A DNA stretch of 64,000 bases from Alphaproteobacteria bacterium (GCA_965216755.1 CBDCGL010000011.1:2656001-2720000); one strand, 5' to 3'; positions 19,194-29,155 are shown, counted from the first letter of the stretch. Notes: generated by a model not told the origin, from the sequence alone. Made by a program: numbers and translations.

Positions 19194-19472
19194 ATGATCC
19201 TGACCAAGCTGACGATATCGGCTGTTTCGGGCTTGTTGATGTATACGGGCGCAGGCTGCTTTTCGCCGACAATCGTTGAGGACAATGGCGAGGTGGTCAC
19301 CCTGAAATACGGGCCGTGGGAAACTCCCCATGAGTTGCAGGGGCGTGCCGACCTGTTGTGCAGCGCCCATGACAAAGTCGCGGAGCTGGCGTCCGACACC
19401 GCCGCCGACCTGGACCCGACCTTCCGCTTTGCCACATTTGACTGCGTGCCAACAGAGACACCGACGACATAG
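19194..19472 (+). CDS. Small putative lipoprotein / secreted hypothetical protein
   Basis: GAGG RBS, hydrophobic N-terminus ending GAGC (imperfect lipobox), two further Cys. Confidence 0.5.
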   Translation: MILTKLTISAVSGLLMYTGAGCFSPTIVEDNGEVVTLKYGPWETPHELQGRADLLCSAHDKVAELASDTAADLDPTFRFATFDCVPTETPTT

Positions 19473-19651
19473 CGGCCAACAGGTCCGACGCATTCGCGTC
19501 GCGGCCATCACAACTGCGTCATCCGATTGCAGCCATCGGACCGCAAGCCTGCCAATATCCTAATGTTTTCACAAATTTGAAGACCAACCGCGCGCGCTAA
19601 ACACCTGTTTTGAGCAGGGTTGGCGACACCCCTTGGTAACGATCATGTTCC

Positions 19652-19972
19652 GTGCGCGCGCGCATGTTGCTGATCGGGCTGCCGTTGGCCATCGTCGGCG
19701 GCACAATGATGGGCATTGCCTTGCCCTTGGGATTGTCATTTTGGGAAGCGGCCTTGCTGGCGTCGATCCTTTTCGCGTTGTTTGTGCTTGAAGAAACGAA
19801 CATGCCCGGCGCAGATCAGATCCTCACGGTCACATTGTTAACCGTGACATTGAGTATCATCGCCCATGGAATCTTGGCGTCGCCACTGGCCCGCGTCTAT
19901 GGCGCCTGGACGGAGCGCTTGGGCGCCTGCACGGAAACGCAAAAGGTCTCCGAAATGCCGACGCGCGTCTGA
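19652..19972 (+). pseudogene. Internally deleted remnant of an NhaP-type cation:proton antiporter
   Basis: RMLLIGLPL…FWEAALLA (N-half motif) joined directly to ASILFALFVLEE…SIIAHG…PLARVYG (C-terminal motif). Confidence 0.65.
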
Positions 19973-19995
19973 TCCACAGATTGGAGGAGCAAAAC

Positions 19996-20739
19996 ATGCT
20001 CAACGAACAGCAACAGGCCTGGTGCCGTGAAAGTCGCTGGGACTTTTCAGACCTGGCCGCATTGTTCTTGAATTGCACATTGAAAAAGTCACCCGAATTG
20101 TCGCACACCGAAGGCTTGGTGCGCATCGCGCGCGCCATCATGGAGAAGAACGGTGTTACCGTCGATGCGCTGCGTCCGGTCGACTACCAAATCGCTTACG
20201 GTGTCTACCCCGACATGGCCGAACATGGCTGGGACCGGGATGACTGGCCTGAGATCTACGCCAAGGTGGAGAAAGCCGACATTCTCGTGATCACGTCGCC
20301 GATCTGGCTGGGCGAGAAGTCATCGGTGTGCACCAAGGTGATCGAACGCCTTTATGCCAACTCCCACATTCTCAACGATCAGGGCCAGTACGCGTATTAC
20401 GGTCGTGTCGGCGGGTGCCTGATCACGGGCAACGAGGACGGCGCCAAGCATTGCGCCATGAATATCCTCTATTCCCTACAGCATCTGGGCTATGTGATCC
20501 CGCCGCAAGCCGACGCCGCCTGGCTGGGCGAGGCCGGCCCTGGCCCATCCTATTTGGACGCAGGCTCGGGCGGCCCAGAGAACGACTTCACCAATCGCAA
20601 CACCACGTTCATGACATGGAACTTGCTGCATCTGGCGCGGATGATCAAGGACGCCGGCGGCCTTCCTGCGCATGGCAACCAACGCGCCGCCTGGGATGCC
20701 GGCTGCCGGTTCGACTATGCGAACCCGGAGTACCGCTAG
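19996..20739 (+). CDS. Flavodoxin-family / NADPH-dependent FMN reductase
   Basis: NCTLKKSPELSHT, SPIWLGEKSS, TGNEDG; GGAGG RBS before ATG 19996. Confidence 0.85.
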   Translation: MLNEQQQAWCRESRWDFSDLAALFLNCTLKKSPELSHTEGLVRIARAIMEKNGVTVDALRPVDYQIAYGVYPDMAEHGWDRDDWPEIYAKVEKADILVITSPIWLGEKSSVCTKVIERLYANSHILNDQGQYAYYGRVGGCLITGNEDGAKHCAMNILYSLQHLGYVIPPQADAAWLGEAGPGPSYLDAGSGGPENDFTNRNTTFMTWNLLHLARMIKDAGGLPAHGNQRAAWDAGCRFDYANPEYR

Positions 20740-21301
20740 CAGGCTGGTGAAAAACGACGCGTCTTAAGCACGGTATCATGATTCTCTGGTGGGGCAGGAT
20801 GGGGGATGCGATGCGTGGTCAGGACGGTCGGAGCGGTGATCTTTTTAGCTATGTGAATTTCGAGGCACGGGTTGCGAGGAAGCATCCTTTGCGCTTGATC
20901 CGGGTGATCGTGAACGATGTGCTTGAGCGTTTATCGGCGGAGCTTGGCTCGGTTTATTCGGATATGGGCCGGCCATCGAGAGCGCCTGAGAAGCTTTTGC
21001 GCGCGCTGTTGTTGCAAGCGTTTTATTCGATCCGTTCCGAACGTCAACTGATGGAACAGCTGGAATTCAACTTGCTTTACCGCTGGTTTGTCGGGCTTGG
21101 CGTGGACGACGCGGTTTGGGATAGCAGCACGTTTTGCAAGAAGCGTGACCGGCTTCTCAAAGCAAAGATATCGGCCAAGTTCCTGACCGGTATCATCGGC
21201 CACGAGCGTGTGGCGCGGCTGTATCGCAAAGGCAACGGCCGAGAAAGCCGGCTTTCAAAACCAGATAAAGCAATCACTGCACAGACGTCTTCAGCAGCCT
21301 G
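20740..21301 (+). mobile_element. Internally deleted IS5-family (IS5/IS1182-type) element, 562 bp
   Basis: TIRs CAGGCTGGTGAA (20740) / TTCAGCAGCCTG (21290-21301), 11/12 match; CTAG on both flanks (20736-39, 21302-05). Confidence 0.85.
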
Positions 21302-21305
21302 CTAG
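20811..21305 (+). pseudogene. Truncated IS5-type transposase (N-terminal domain only, DDE core missing)
   Basis: MRGQD…LFSYV…HPLR…PEKLLRALLLQAFYSIRSERQLMEQLEFNLLYRWFVGL…RDRLL, then jumps to ARLYRKG…ESRL. Confidence 0.8.
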
Positions 21306-21368
21306 CGCTGTTCGCAAACACCCAAACGGGCGCGGGAGCGACAAAAACCCGTGACGGCGGTCAGTCGA

Positions 21369-22961
21369 TCAGGCGACGTCGGCCTTGATCAAATCAGCGG
21401 CTTTCTCACCAATCATGATCGAGGCCGCATTGGTATTGGAACTGACCAAACTCGGCATCACCGATGAATCACAAACACGCAACTTTTCGATCCCGTGCAC
21501 CCGAAGCGCCGGGTCGACCACAGCCAGGTCATCAACGCCCATTTTGCAGGTGCCCACCGGGTGATATGACGTACGCCCGTGGCGCCGCGTGTAATCCTCA
21601 AGCTCTGTTTGGGTCTTCACCCCGGAGCCTGGAAAGTGTTCTTTCTGGATCCATTTCGAGAACACCGGCTGGGTCATGATGTCGCGGCTCATTTTCAAGC
21701 CCTCGACGGACAGCCGCAGATCTTCATCGGTGTCGATATAGTTGGGATCCACCAGCGGCGCCAAGTTTGGATCGCCGCCGCGCAAGCGCACACTGCCGCG
21801 GCTTTGCGGCCGCACAAAATATGAGTTGAGCGTACAGCCCGCGCCCGTCGGCACCGGTGGCACGCCGGCCTCGACACCGGCGCCGACTAAAAAATGAAAC
21901 TGGGTGTCGGGCGTGGGCGACGATGTGTCGCCATACCAAAACGCGCCACCTTCAACGATATTCGATGCCACGGGCCCGGATTTAAATAGCTTGTATTGCA
22001 ACCCCGCCCACACCATCCAATGCCATTTGGCATATTTGTCGAAACTGTGCGGACCGTTGAGTTCGTAGACAATGTCGACATCCAAGTGGTCTTGGAGATT
22101 CTCGCCAACACCGGGGCTGTCCAAGATCACGTCGATACCGTGGTTGCGCAAATGATCGGCCCGCCCGACCCCCGACAACATCAGCAATTTCGGCGATCCG
22201 ATAGCCCCCGCCGCGACAATGACATCTTGGCTGGCGGACGCCCGTTCGAATTGCCCATTGCGGGTATATTCGACCCCCACCGCGCGGCCGTTTTCGATCA
22301 CCACGCGGGTCACCAGACAATCCGTATGCACGGTCAGATTGGACCGCGTCATTGCCGGTGTCAAATAGCCGACGGCCGCCGAGCACCGCTTGGCGTCGCG
22401 GGTTGTCGTCTGATAAACCCCGCAACCATCCTGCCTGGCTCCGTTGAAATCGGCGGTATACGGAATTCCAGCCTGCTGGCAGGCCTGGACAAAAACCCTG
22501 GTCAAGGGATGGGGTGTTAATGTCGATACGCCCAGCGGCCCATTATTGCCATGAAATGCGTTAGCAAGGATATCATTATCTTCCGACTTAATGAAATAGG
22601 GCTGAACATCTGTGAACGACCACCCGGCGCAGCCCTCGTCATTGGCCCACCGGTCGTAATCCTCGGGGCAGCCACGGGTAAAGACTTCGGCGTTGATCGA
22701 GCTGCCGCCGCCCAAAACACGCCCCTGGGCAAAAGGGATTTCGCGGTCGTAGCAGTTCTTCTGGGGCACGGTCGAATAGCCCCATGTCAGTGGTCCGTCG
22801 GTCATCTTGACGAACCCGACCGGCATATGGATATACGGATTGGAATCGGTCGGCCCGGCTTCCAACAACAGCACTTTGGCGCTGTCCAAGTCACTCAGCC
22901 GCGCGGCGATGACGCAACCTGCCGCGCCGCCCCCGGCAATGACAAAATCATACACGATCAT
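21369..22961 (-). CDS. GMC oxidoreductase (choline dehydrogenase-like)
   Basis: YDFVIAGGGAAG, GRVLGGGSSIN, GENLQDH, SYHPVGTCKMG, NTNAASIMIGEK. Confidence 0.9.
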   Translation of the reverse strand: MIVYDFVIAGGGAAGCVIAARLSDLDSAKVLLLEAGPTDSNPYIHMPVGFVKMTDGPLTWGYSTVPQKNCYDREIPFAQGRVLGGGSSINAEVFTRGCPEDYDRWANDEGCAGWSFTDVQPYFIKSEDNDILANAFHGNNGPLGVSTLTPHPLTRVFVQACQQAGIPYTADFNGARQDGCGVYQTTTRDAKRCSAAVGYLTPAMTRSNLTVHTDCLVTRVVIENGRAVGVEYTRNGQFERASASQDVIVAAGAIGSPKLLMLSGVGRADHLRNHGIDVILDSPGVGENLQDHLDVDIVYELNGPHSFDKYAKWHWMVWAGLQYKLFKSGPVASNIVEGGAFWYGDTSSPTPDTQFHFLVGAGVEAGVPPVPTGAGCTLNSYFVRPQSRGSVRLRGGDPNLAPLVDPNYIDTDEDLRLSVEGLKMSRDIMTQPVFSKWIQKEHFPGSGVKTQTELEDYTRRHGRTSYHPVGTCKMGVDDLAVVDPALRVHGIEKLRVCDSSVMPSLVSSNTNAASIMIGEKAADLIKADVA

Positions 22962-23479
22962 ATTCCCTGAAAAATCGATCGCCGTGACCGGCGCCCCCAA
23001 ATGCGCAATACCCTTTCGTCACTATGACACCGGTTGCACAACTTGTGGACCCGTGCTTGCCCCAATAGGCAGCCGCGCCATACGTGCCGGCAAGATGCGC
23101 GAATCCCGTCGCCGTTCAACTTGCGCAAAGACCCTGCCGCCGCCGTTCTTGGCCGCCAAAGCGACGGCGCACGCATCGAGATCGGCGGGCGCGCGCGTTG
23201 CAACATCCGCCGTCCAATTCCGGATCGACAAAAGTTCCCAGCCCGATTTTCGTGAACAGCCCCGGGCGCCCGCATTAGTATATAGCTAGATGGTTACTTT
23301 TGGAGAATTTGTCGCGCGATATTTGACCCGTGTTAGGAGGGTCGGAGCGCCTTCGATCAAATCAGTTGGCAAACCGCGAGGATCCACGTCCCCCGCACCG
23401 CGGTGTACCGCAGTGGATTGGCGGGCCGCGTCGGAGAGTCAGCCGGGCTTTTTGCGTCTCGATGGGGGAATAGCGTTTC

Positions 23480-24052
23480 TTATTGTGGTCGCACCGGCGG
23501 TTGCGGCTGGATCGGCGCCGCGTCGGCCGCACCGGCATGATCGGTAGGTCGCAGCAAAAGATAGCCGAGACCGCCGGAGAGTCCCCAGCCTTCGCTCGAC
23601 TCGAGCCCCAACGGCTGCAACGCATAATTGCCGCCACCGCCGCCAACAAGTGCGGCCGCGCCGGCGCCCATGCCGACCGTAACGGAGGCTTTGCCCCCCA
23701 TATATTTTCCGCTCAACATATGGGTGCCGACCCGCATATCCTCGCCTCCGGCGATCACGCCAAAGCGGATCGTCTCATTGCGGTTCCAGTTCAGGTCGAC
23801 GCCAATGCCGATTCCCATCTCACCGGAGTAATATTCCGGTCCATCAGGAGTTTTGAACACGCAATCAACATCCACGGATGAATGGATCAACAAATTAAAT
23901 CGTGTTCCGGGGATGCTGGCACAGGTCAATACGCCCACTTGCGCGTCAGCGACGGCGGAACGGCCGGCAAAGACGACGGCCATCGTGGACATGCACAGCA
24001 AGGTGAAGACAGGCACGACGGTGCCGATAAATCGTTTCAATTGGTCCCCCAT
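23480..24052 (-). CDS. DUF992-like secreted protein
   Basis: Signal-like N-terminus, VGVLTC…VDCVF, GKYMGGKASVTVGMGAGAAALVGG, ALQPL. Confidence 0.75.
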   Translation of the reverse strand: MGDQLKRFIGTVVPVFTLLCMSTMAVVFAGRSAVADAQVGVLTCASIPGTRFNLLIHSSVDVDCVFKTPDGPEYYSGEMGIGIGVDLNWNRNETIRFGVIAGGEDMRVGTHMLSGKYMGGKASVTVGMGAGAAALVGGGGGNYALQPLGLESSEGWGLSGGLGYLLLRPTDHAGAADAAPIQPQPPVRPQ

Positions 24053-24308
24053 CCATGGACGCCCATTGGGGCGTTGCGTGGTCGCTTTGGTCGATTGCCA
24101 TTCATCTGCGCAGCGGACTGGGCGCATCAAACGCTGGCGCCACGCGGTGACGCAGATTATCTCAGGCGACAATCGCAGCGGATTGTGCCTTGTGGCGGCG
24201 CAAAAGCCAAGGGTCGTCGCACAGGGCAACTGTCTTTGTGCTCACGGTTTCGAATCGCAATGGTCGTCGTCGCCCGACGTTGCCGGCCAATCATAAGGAC
24301 CCTTTTGC

Positions 24309-25706
24309 ATGGCGGACGCAATCGCTTATCAGCCCAATGTCGTGGCATCGGCGATCACCGAACAACCAGCAGAGCCGCTCGCCGACGAATTTCGCCGGGC
24401 CAACTTGGCCGGACACAAGCTTGCTGTTCAGTGCCGGTTGATCGCCGCGCTGGTGGTGATGGTGCTGATGTTGTTCATGATACCGGATCCCGAGGGATTT
24501 TCCGGTCAGTCGCGCCTCATTTTCTACGAGATTTGCGCGATTGTTTTGTCGCTCAACGCCGTTGTCAGCTATGCCATCAACCGCAGCCGCTTCAATGGGC
24601 CGTGGCGGGCATATTTGTTTGTCGGCCTGGACTTCGTGTTCGTCACGTTGGCCGTCATTGGGCCCGCGTTCATTTTCGACGACGGCATGCCTGGTCAGAT
24701 GCTGCTGCGCTACAATAGCTTCCTCTACTATTTCATATTTGTCGCGCTGATCGCCCTCGGCTACTCGCCAGCCTTGATGTTGTGGGCCGGGTTCTCCGCC
24801 GCGCTGACTTATTCCGTCGGGGTCATCTTCGTGCTGATGAAACCGGATACACTCTTTATCCCCGCGTCCGCGATCACCGATATCGACGCCATGGTCGCCA
24901 TGTTGAACCACCCGCATGTTGTCGACATCAATGTCCGCATCCAGGAAGTGGTGGTGATGTTGTTGGTTGCCGGGATATTAGCGGCTGTCGCCCGTCGGTC
25001 GCGGCGCCTGATTGTTCGCCAGGCTGATTTGGCGCGTCAGCGGACAAATTTGGCACGCTATTTTTCGCCGCGCTTGGTGAACGAACTTGCCGGACGTGAT
25101 CAGCCGATCGGTCCGGTCCGTCGCCAAGATGTGGGGGTCTTGTTTGCCGATATCGTCGGTTTCACGCGTTTTGCCGAAAGCGCCCGGCCCGAACAGGTGA
25201 TGGACCTGTTGCGCGATTTCCATGGTCGCATGGAAGCCGAAGTATTCAATCATGACGGCACCATGGAGAAATTCATCGGCGATGCTTTGCTGGCAACGTT
25301 TGGCGTGCCGGATTCAACGCCCAATGATGCCGCCCAAGCGGTGCGGTGCGCGCGCGCCATGCTCGAACGCCTCCGGCAATGGAATGCTGAACGGGCGGGC
25401 GCCGGCGATGACCCGATCCACATCGGCATCGGTGTCCATTTCGGTCCCGCGGTGTTGGGGGACATTGGCAGTGCCCGTAACATGGCTTTTTCCGTCGTCG
25501 GCGATACCACAAATGTGGCCAGTCGGCTGCAGCAATTGACCCGCGACTTGAACTGCGCGGCGGTGTTTAGCGACGACGTCGTCCGGCGCGTGCGCGCACA
25601 GGACGACGCCGCCACGACAAGTTTGTTGGCCGGCGTGCGCCATGTGCCGCCACAATCGGTCAAGGGCCGCGAACAACCGATCGATATTTGGGTCCTCGAC
25701 GGCTGA
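24309..25706 (+). CDS. Membrane-bound class III adenylate cyclase
   Basis: About 6 N-terminal TM helices; LFADIVGFT, EKFIGD, GIGVHFG, FSVVGDTTNVASRL. Confidence 0.9.
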   Translation: MADAIAYQPNVVASAITEQPAEPLADEFRRANLAGHKLAVQCRLIAALVVMVLMLFMIPDPEGFSGQSRLIFYEICAIVLSLNAVVSYAINRSRFNGPWRAYLFVGLDFVFVTLAVIGPAFIFDDGMPGQMLLRYNSFLYYFIFVALIALGYSPALMLWAGFSAALTYSVGVIFVLMKPDTLFIPASAITDIDAMVAMLNHPHVVDINVRIQEVVVMLLVAGILAAVARRSRRLIVRQADLARQRTNLARYFSPRLVNELAGRDQPIGPVRRQDVGVLFADIVGFTRFAESARPEQVMDLLRDFHGRMEAEVFNHDGTMEKFIGDALLATFGVPDSTPNDAAQAVRCARAMLERLRQWNAERAGAGDDPIHIGIGVHFGPAVLGDIGSARNMAFSVVGDTTNVASRLQQLTRDLNCAAVFSDDVVRRVRAQDDAATTSLLAGVRHVPPQSVKGREQPIDIWVLDG

Positions 25707-25707
25707 C

Positions 25708-26256
25708 CTATGACCCGAGCCGCAGAATAGCCGCGTGGAGGGACTCGTACTGGCTCTCGACCGCGCCGTCGAACAAAGGATCGACAATTGAATTGGCGGC
25801 ATCATCAATTGCTTGCCAGTCAGTGTCCTCTAAGACCGCTTCCGCGCGCCAAAACAGAACGCGTTCCTCGATTTCCATATGTCGCCAATAGTTCGCGACA
25901 AACTTGCCAAGATCGGCCGCGAGCGCTGCCGGATCGTCACAGCCCGCGTCGACCGCTTCCTGAAACTGCTGCACCAGAAGCCGCGTGTCGTCGGCGATTG
26001 TGGTGTGATCATTGACGATGCCGGCAACCATGTCGGCCACGTCGGGCGCCGCCACGCGCAACTGCTGGTAGATCAAGTCTTCTTTGGGATGGTGAACCAA
26101 ATCGGGATAGTGGGAAAGGTAACGCAGCGCGTCGCCAACCAACAGCAGATCCGCCCGGCCGTCACGCGCCAGGTCTTCGGCCTGTCGTTCCAACAGCCTG
26201 AGCAATTTCGACAAATCAATGTGGTCGCGCCGCAACCGATCTAACACAAAACTCAT
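25708..26256 (-). CDS. Hemerythrin-domain protein
   Basis: DH…HHPKED…DH…HMEIEERVLF. Confidence 0.85.
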   Translation of the reverse strand: MSFVLDRLRRDHIDLSKLLRLLERQAEDLARDGRADLLLVGDALRYLSHYPDLVHHPKEDLIYQQLRVAAPDVADMVAGIVNDHTTIADDTRLLVQQFQEAVDAGCDDPAALAADLGKFVANYWRHMEIEERVLFWRAEAVLEDTDWQAIDDAANSIVDPLFDGAVESQYESLHAAILRLGS

Positions 26257-26449
26257 GATCTTTATTGTGTGTTTGCGTCGCGATGGGGAACCTAACTTGG
26301 GTTAGAAACGCCGCACGGCGCGCAGACAGGCCACGATCGACAACGCCGCCCGAATTCCGTCCGCGCCACTTCCATAGTGGCATCACCTTGCGATGATATG
26401 TCCACCCAAAGTGATCGCGCTACAGAAACCGACCCCCCAAAAGAGTCTC

Positions 26450-26829
26450 TTGTTGCGATTAAATCATAGAACACAAATACATCCGACTTCGCACAAATAT
26501 TATCTATGCACAGTCACACTTCTTTGAAGCAAAACATAGAATTATTCATTTTTTTCTATTATTAACTGTGATCAAGATAAAATTCCATGAAATCACACGT
26601 ATTTTTGTGTCTTTACAAAAAATGTGAAATTCTTGTTATTAATATATCAATGATTATATTCATATTGAATCAATCGCAATTTCAATAATAACAACTTGCA
26701 CATTTTCCGTAGTTCTATTCATCGGATATCATAGAATATCTATGGACTTCTGTAGTCTTTCTATGCACATGTTCTTTTTCAGCTATCGATCAAGGAACTC
26801 CCAATAAGGTTTAAATAGAGATAGCATAA
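26450..26829. promoter_or_regulatory. AT-rich intergenic region with iterated motifs upstream of the hemerythrin gene
   Basis: Sharp GC drop; ATAGA/TCTAT x9; palindromes CATAGA-N3-TCTATG (26730-44) and TTTTTGT-N6-ACAAAAA (26602-21). Confidence 0.5.
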
Positions 26830-27744
26830 TCAGTCGATTACCACGACAGAAAATAACTCTTTCCCGGAACGGTCTAGCAAAAGTAAAACGGACTTCCGCG
26901 CCACCGACCGCGCCAACGCCAATTGCGACCGCGCGTCGCCCGGGTGCCGGGTCGGCACTTGATCCATCTCAACGATCACATCGCCGGGCCGCAGGCCGGC
27001 TTGTGCCGCCCGGCTCTGCGCCGCGACGTCGACAATCAGAAGTCCATCGGCGGCAGCCGACAATTGGTGATCGGCCTCCAGTGCCTCGGTAATCGAGGAC
27101 AGGGTCATCCCCAGATCCTCGAACTGTGTCAGCTTGGCTTCGGCGACACGGGGCGCCGGGCGCGGTACAACCGTGCTGTACTCGACCTCCTCGGCAATCA
27201 CATTCGGATCGATATGGATCGCCAGGTCGGTCAGTGGATCTTCGACCAGGGCCGCCAGACAATTCTCGAACACCGACCCTTGTCGGGTCTCGCAGGCACG
27301 CAATCGCACGGCCACGCCCGCCGGTATGGCGCAAATTCCCAACGCAAACACGGTGGCCTGCGGCAGTTCCCGCACTTGCGGTGCGGCAAAGCTGAATCCG
27401 AATGCTAGACGGCGGCGCACGCCCGGCCGCAAATCCGTGGTTTCCAGCAGCTTGCGCCCCACGGACCGCCCGGCGCCATCCAAAAACACCAGTTCGAAGG
27501 CCAAGCCGGTCAAGGTATGTGGGGTTTGGTTGGAAATATCGGCGCGCGCAAAACAGTCGTGGCGATGGCTGGGCGATGGGCCGATCTCGTAAACACGGAA
27601 CGGCAGCCGGCCATCATCTTCGCTGAAAGCCGCGCCGGACGCCGCGACACACAGAACCGCCAAGGCGCATAGCCCGGCACGACGCCCAAATTGCGGTATC
27701 TCAGTACGACAGTTGACGTCCACCATCAACTCCCAGCCGGCCAT
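26830..27744 (-). CDS. Secreted protein with C-terminal HtrA/DegP-like PDZ domain
   Basis: Signal-like segment; LGMTLS…GLLIVDV…SRAAQAGLRPGDVIVEM…KSVLLLLDRSG; no protease triad; start uncertain. Confidence 0.7.
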   Translation of the reverse strand: MAGWELMVDVNCRTEIPQFGRRAGLCALAVLCVAASGAAFSEDDGRLPFRVYEIGPSPSHRHDCFARADISNQTPHTLTGLAFELVFLDGAGRSVGRKLLETTDLRPGVRRRLAFGFSFAAPQVRELPQATVFALGICAIPAGVAVRLRACETRQGSVFENCLAALVEDPLTDLAIHIDPNVIAEEVEYSTVVPRPAPRVAEAKLTQFEDLGMTLSSITEALEADHQLSAAADGLLIVDVAAQSRAAQAGLRPGDVIVEMDQVPTRHPGDARSQLALARSVARKSVLLLLDRSGKELFSVVVID

Positions 27745-27920
27745 CAACAGCGGCAAACTATCAGCTGCACCCGCAACACGCGTTACCCCATGTCAATCGC
27801 ACGGGCCGGACGTGGTCCGTACGTACGATGCGCGCGGGCCACAGACGCGATACCTCATTGAACCGCGGCCTGTCATCACCACCGCAGGTCGGGCTGGACA
27901 CACTGTTTCGGGCATGTGGC

Positions 27921-28103
27921 ATGTTTTGGTTGGGCGTCGTTTGCGGAATAATCATCTTGGCCGTGGTTGAAATGCTCGCGGCCATGGTCATCCGCTGGGT
28001 CAACCCGCCGCTCCCGCGCCAATGGCGTGCGCCCAACCCGGCCGACGAACCAGCCGTCGGTGGCGCCGCGCGTCGGCAAGCTCGTACCTCTACCAACCGT
28101 TAA
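27921..28103 (+). CDS. Possible small membrane protein
   Basis: MFWLGVVCGIIILAVVEMLAAMVIRW hydrophobic helix; no family recognised. Confidence 0.3.
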   Translation: MFWLGVVCGIIILAVVEMLAAMVIRWVNPPLPRQWRAPNPADEPAVGGAARRQARTSTNR

Positions 28104-28194
28104 GATACATCCCCACAGCCCATCGCCGGGGCGGCCCGGTTCGTGCTATCAACTTGTCGATTTGAAGCATGATCGCGCGCACAAAGAGGGGACC

Positions 28195-28653
28195 ATGGCC
28201 GATACCCAGTGGACGGTTTATCTATCCGGTGAAATCCATACGGACTGGCGTGATCGTATCCGCGATGGCAGCGCCCAGACAGACCTGCCGGTCGCATTTG
28301 TATCGCCGGTAACGGACCATGCCGCCAGCGATGACTGCGGGGTCAAAATTCTTGGGTCCGAGGACAAGTCGTTTTGGCACGATCACAAAGGCGCTAAGGT
28401 CAATGCCATCCGCACGCGAACGTTATTGGATCGCGCCGATTTGGCCGTGATCCGTTTTGGCGACAAATATCGCCAATGGAATGCCGCCTTCGATGCTGGA
28501 ATCGCCGCCGCCTTGGGCAAGCCCTACATCACGCTGCACGATCCAGCCCTGACCCATGCTTTGAAGGAAGTCGACGGTGGCGCCATGGCGGTGGCCGAAA
28601 CACCGGAACAAGTCGTGCGCCTGCTGGACTACGTGATCAACGGCCGGCTCTAG
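28195..28653 (+). CDS. YtoQ-family protein (nucleoside deoxyribosyltransferase-like fold)
   Basis: VYLSGEIHTDWR, SDDCG, NAIRTRTL, FGDKYRQWNAAFDAG, HALKEVD. Confidence 0.85.
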   Translation: MADTQWTVYLSGEIHTDWRDRIRDGSAQTDLPVAFVSPVTDHAASDDCGVKILGSEDKSFWHDHKGAKVNAIRTRTLLDRADLAVIRFGDKYRQWNAAFDAGIAAALGKPYITLHDPALTHALKEVDGGAMAVAETPEQVVRLLDYVINGRL

Positions 28654-29155
28654 ATTTCAATGCCGCGATGATGGTCGCGACCAAGTGATCTGGCGGTGCC
28701 GCGATGTCGACGGTAATGGCGTCATCCGGCGCCTCCAAGGTGGCCAATTGACTGGGCAAAAGGCTGGCGGGCATGTAATGGCCTGTGCGCGCAGCAAGAC
28801 GTGACAGGATCAAGGGCACGGAGCCGCTCAGAAATACCAAGGCAACGCCAGGTTGGGCGATATGCAGCCGTGCCCGATATGACTCCTTGAGCGCCGAGCA
28901 GGCCAACACGGTGCGTCGCCGGTTGCCCACCCAATCTGTGATCGCCGCGCCGAGCCGATCGAGCCAGGGCCCGCGATCGGCGTCGGTCAAGGGCTGGCCG
29001 CGGCGCATTTTGGCGATATTGGCGGCACTGTGATAGGCGTCGCCTTCTTCAAAGATCGCGTTCAGAGCGGCGGCCAGTTGGCGCCCGACCGTGGTCTTGC
29101 CGCAGCCGGCAACGCCCATCACAACCACCACCCAGGGCAGTTCAATCACCGCCAT
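28637..29155 (-). CDS. gntK: Gluconokinase
   Basis: MGVAGCGKTT, EGDAYH, PLTDADRGPWL, ACSALK, HYMPASLLPSQ. Confidence 0.9.
   Translation of the reverse strand: MAVIELPWVVVVMGVAGCGKTTVGRQLAAALNAIFEEGDAYHSAANIAKMRRGQPLTDADRGPWLDRLGAAITDWVGNRRRTVLACSALKESYRARLHIAQPGVALVFLSGSVPLILSRLAARTGHYMPASLLPSQLATLEAPDDAITVDIAAPPDHLVATIIAALKSRAGR

Noticed and set aside
23290-23479. Hairpins (GACCC…GGGTC, ATCCAC…GTGGAT) as a riboswitch or ncRNA
   Set aside because: No recognisable family consensus; short stems are expected at this GC; needs cmscan
26450-26829. Replication origin or CRISPR leader/array
   Set aside because: No TTATCCACA-type DnaA boxes, no CtrA box, no regularly spaced repeats, no cas or origin-linked genes
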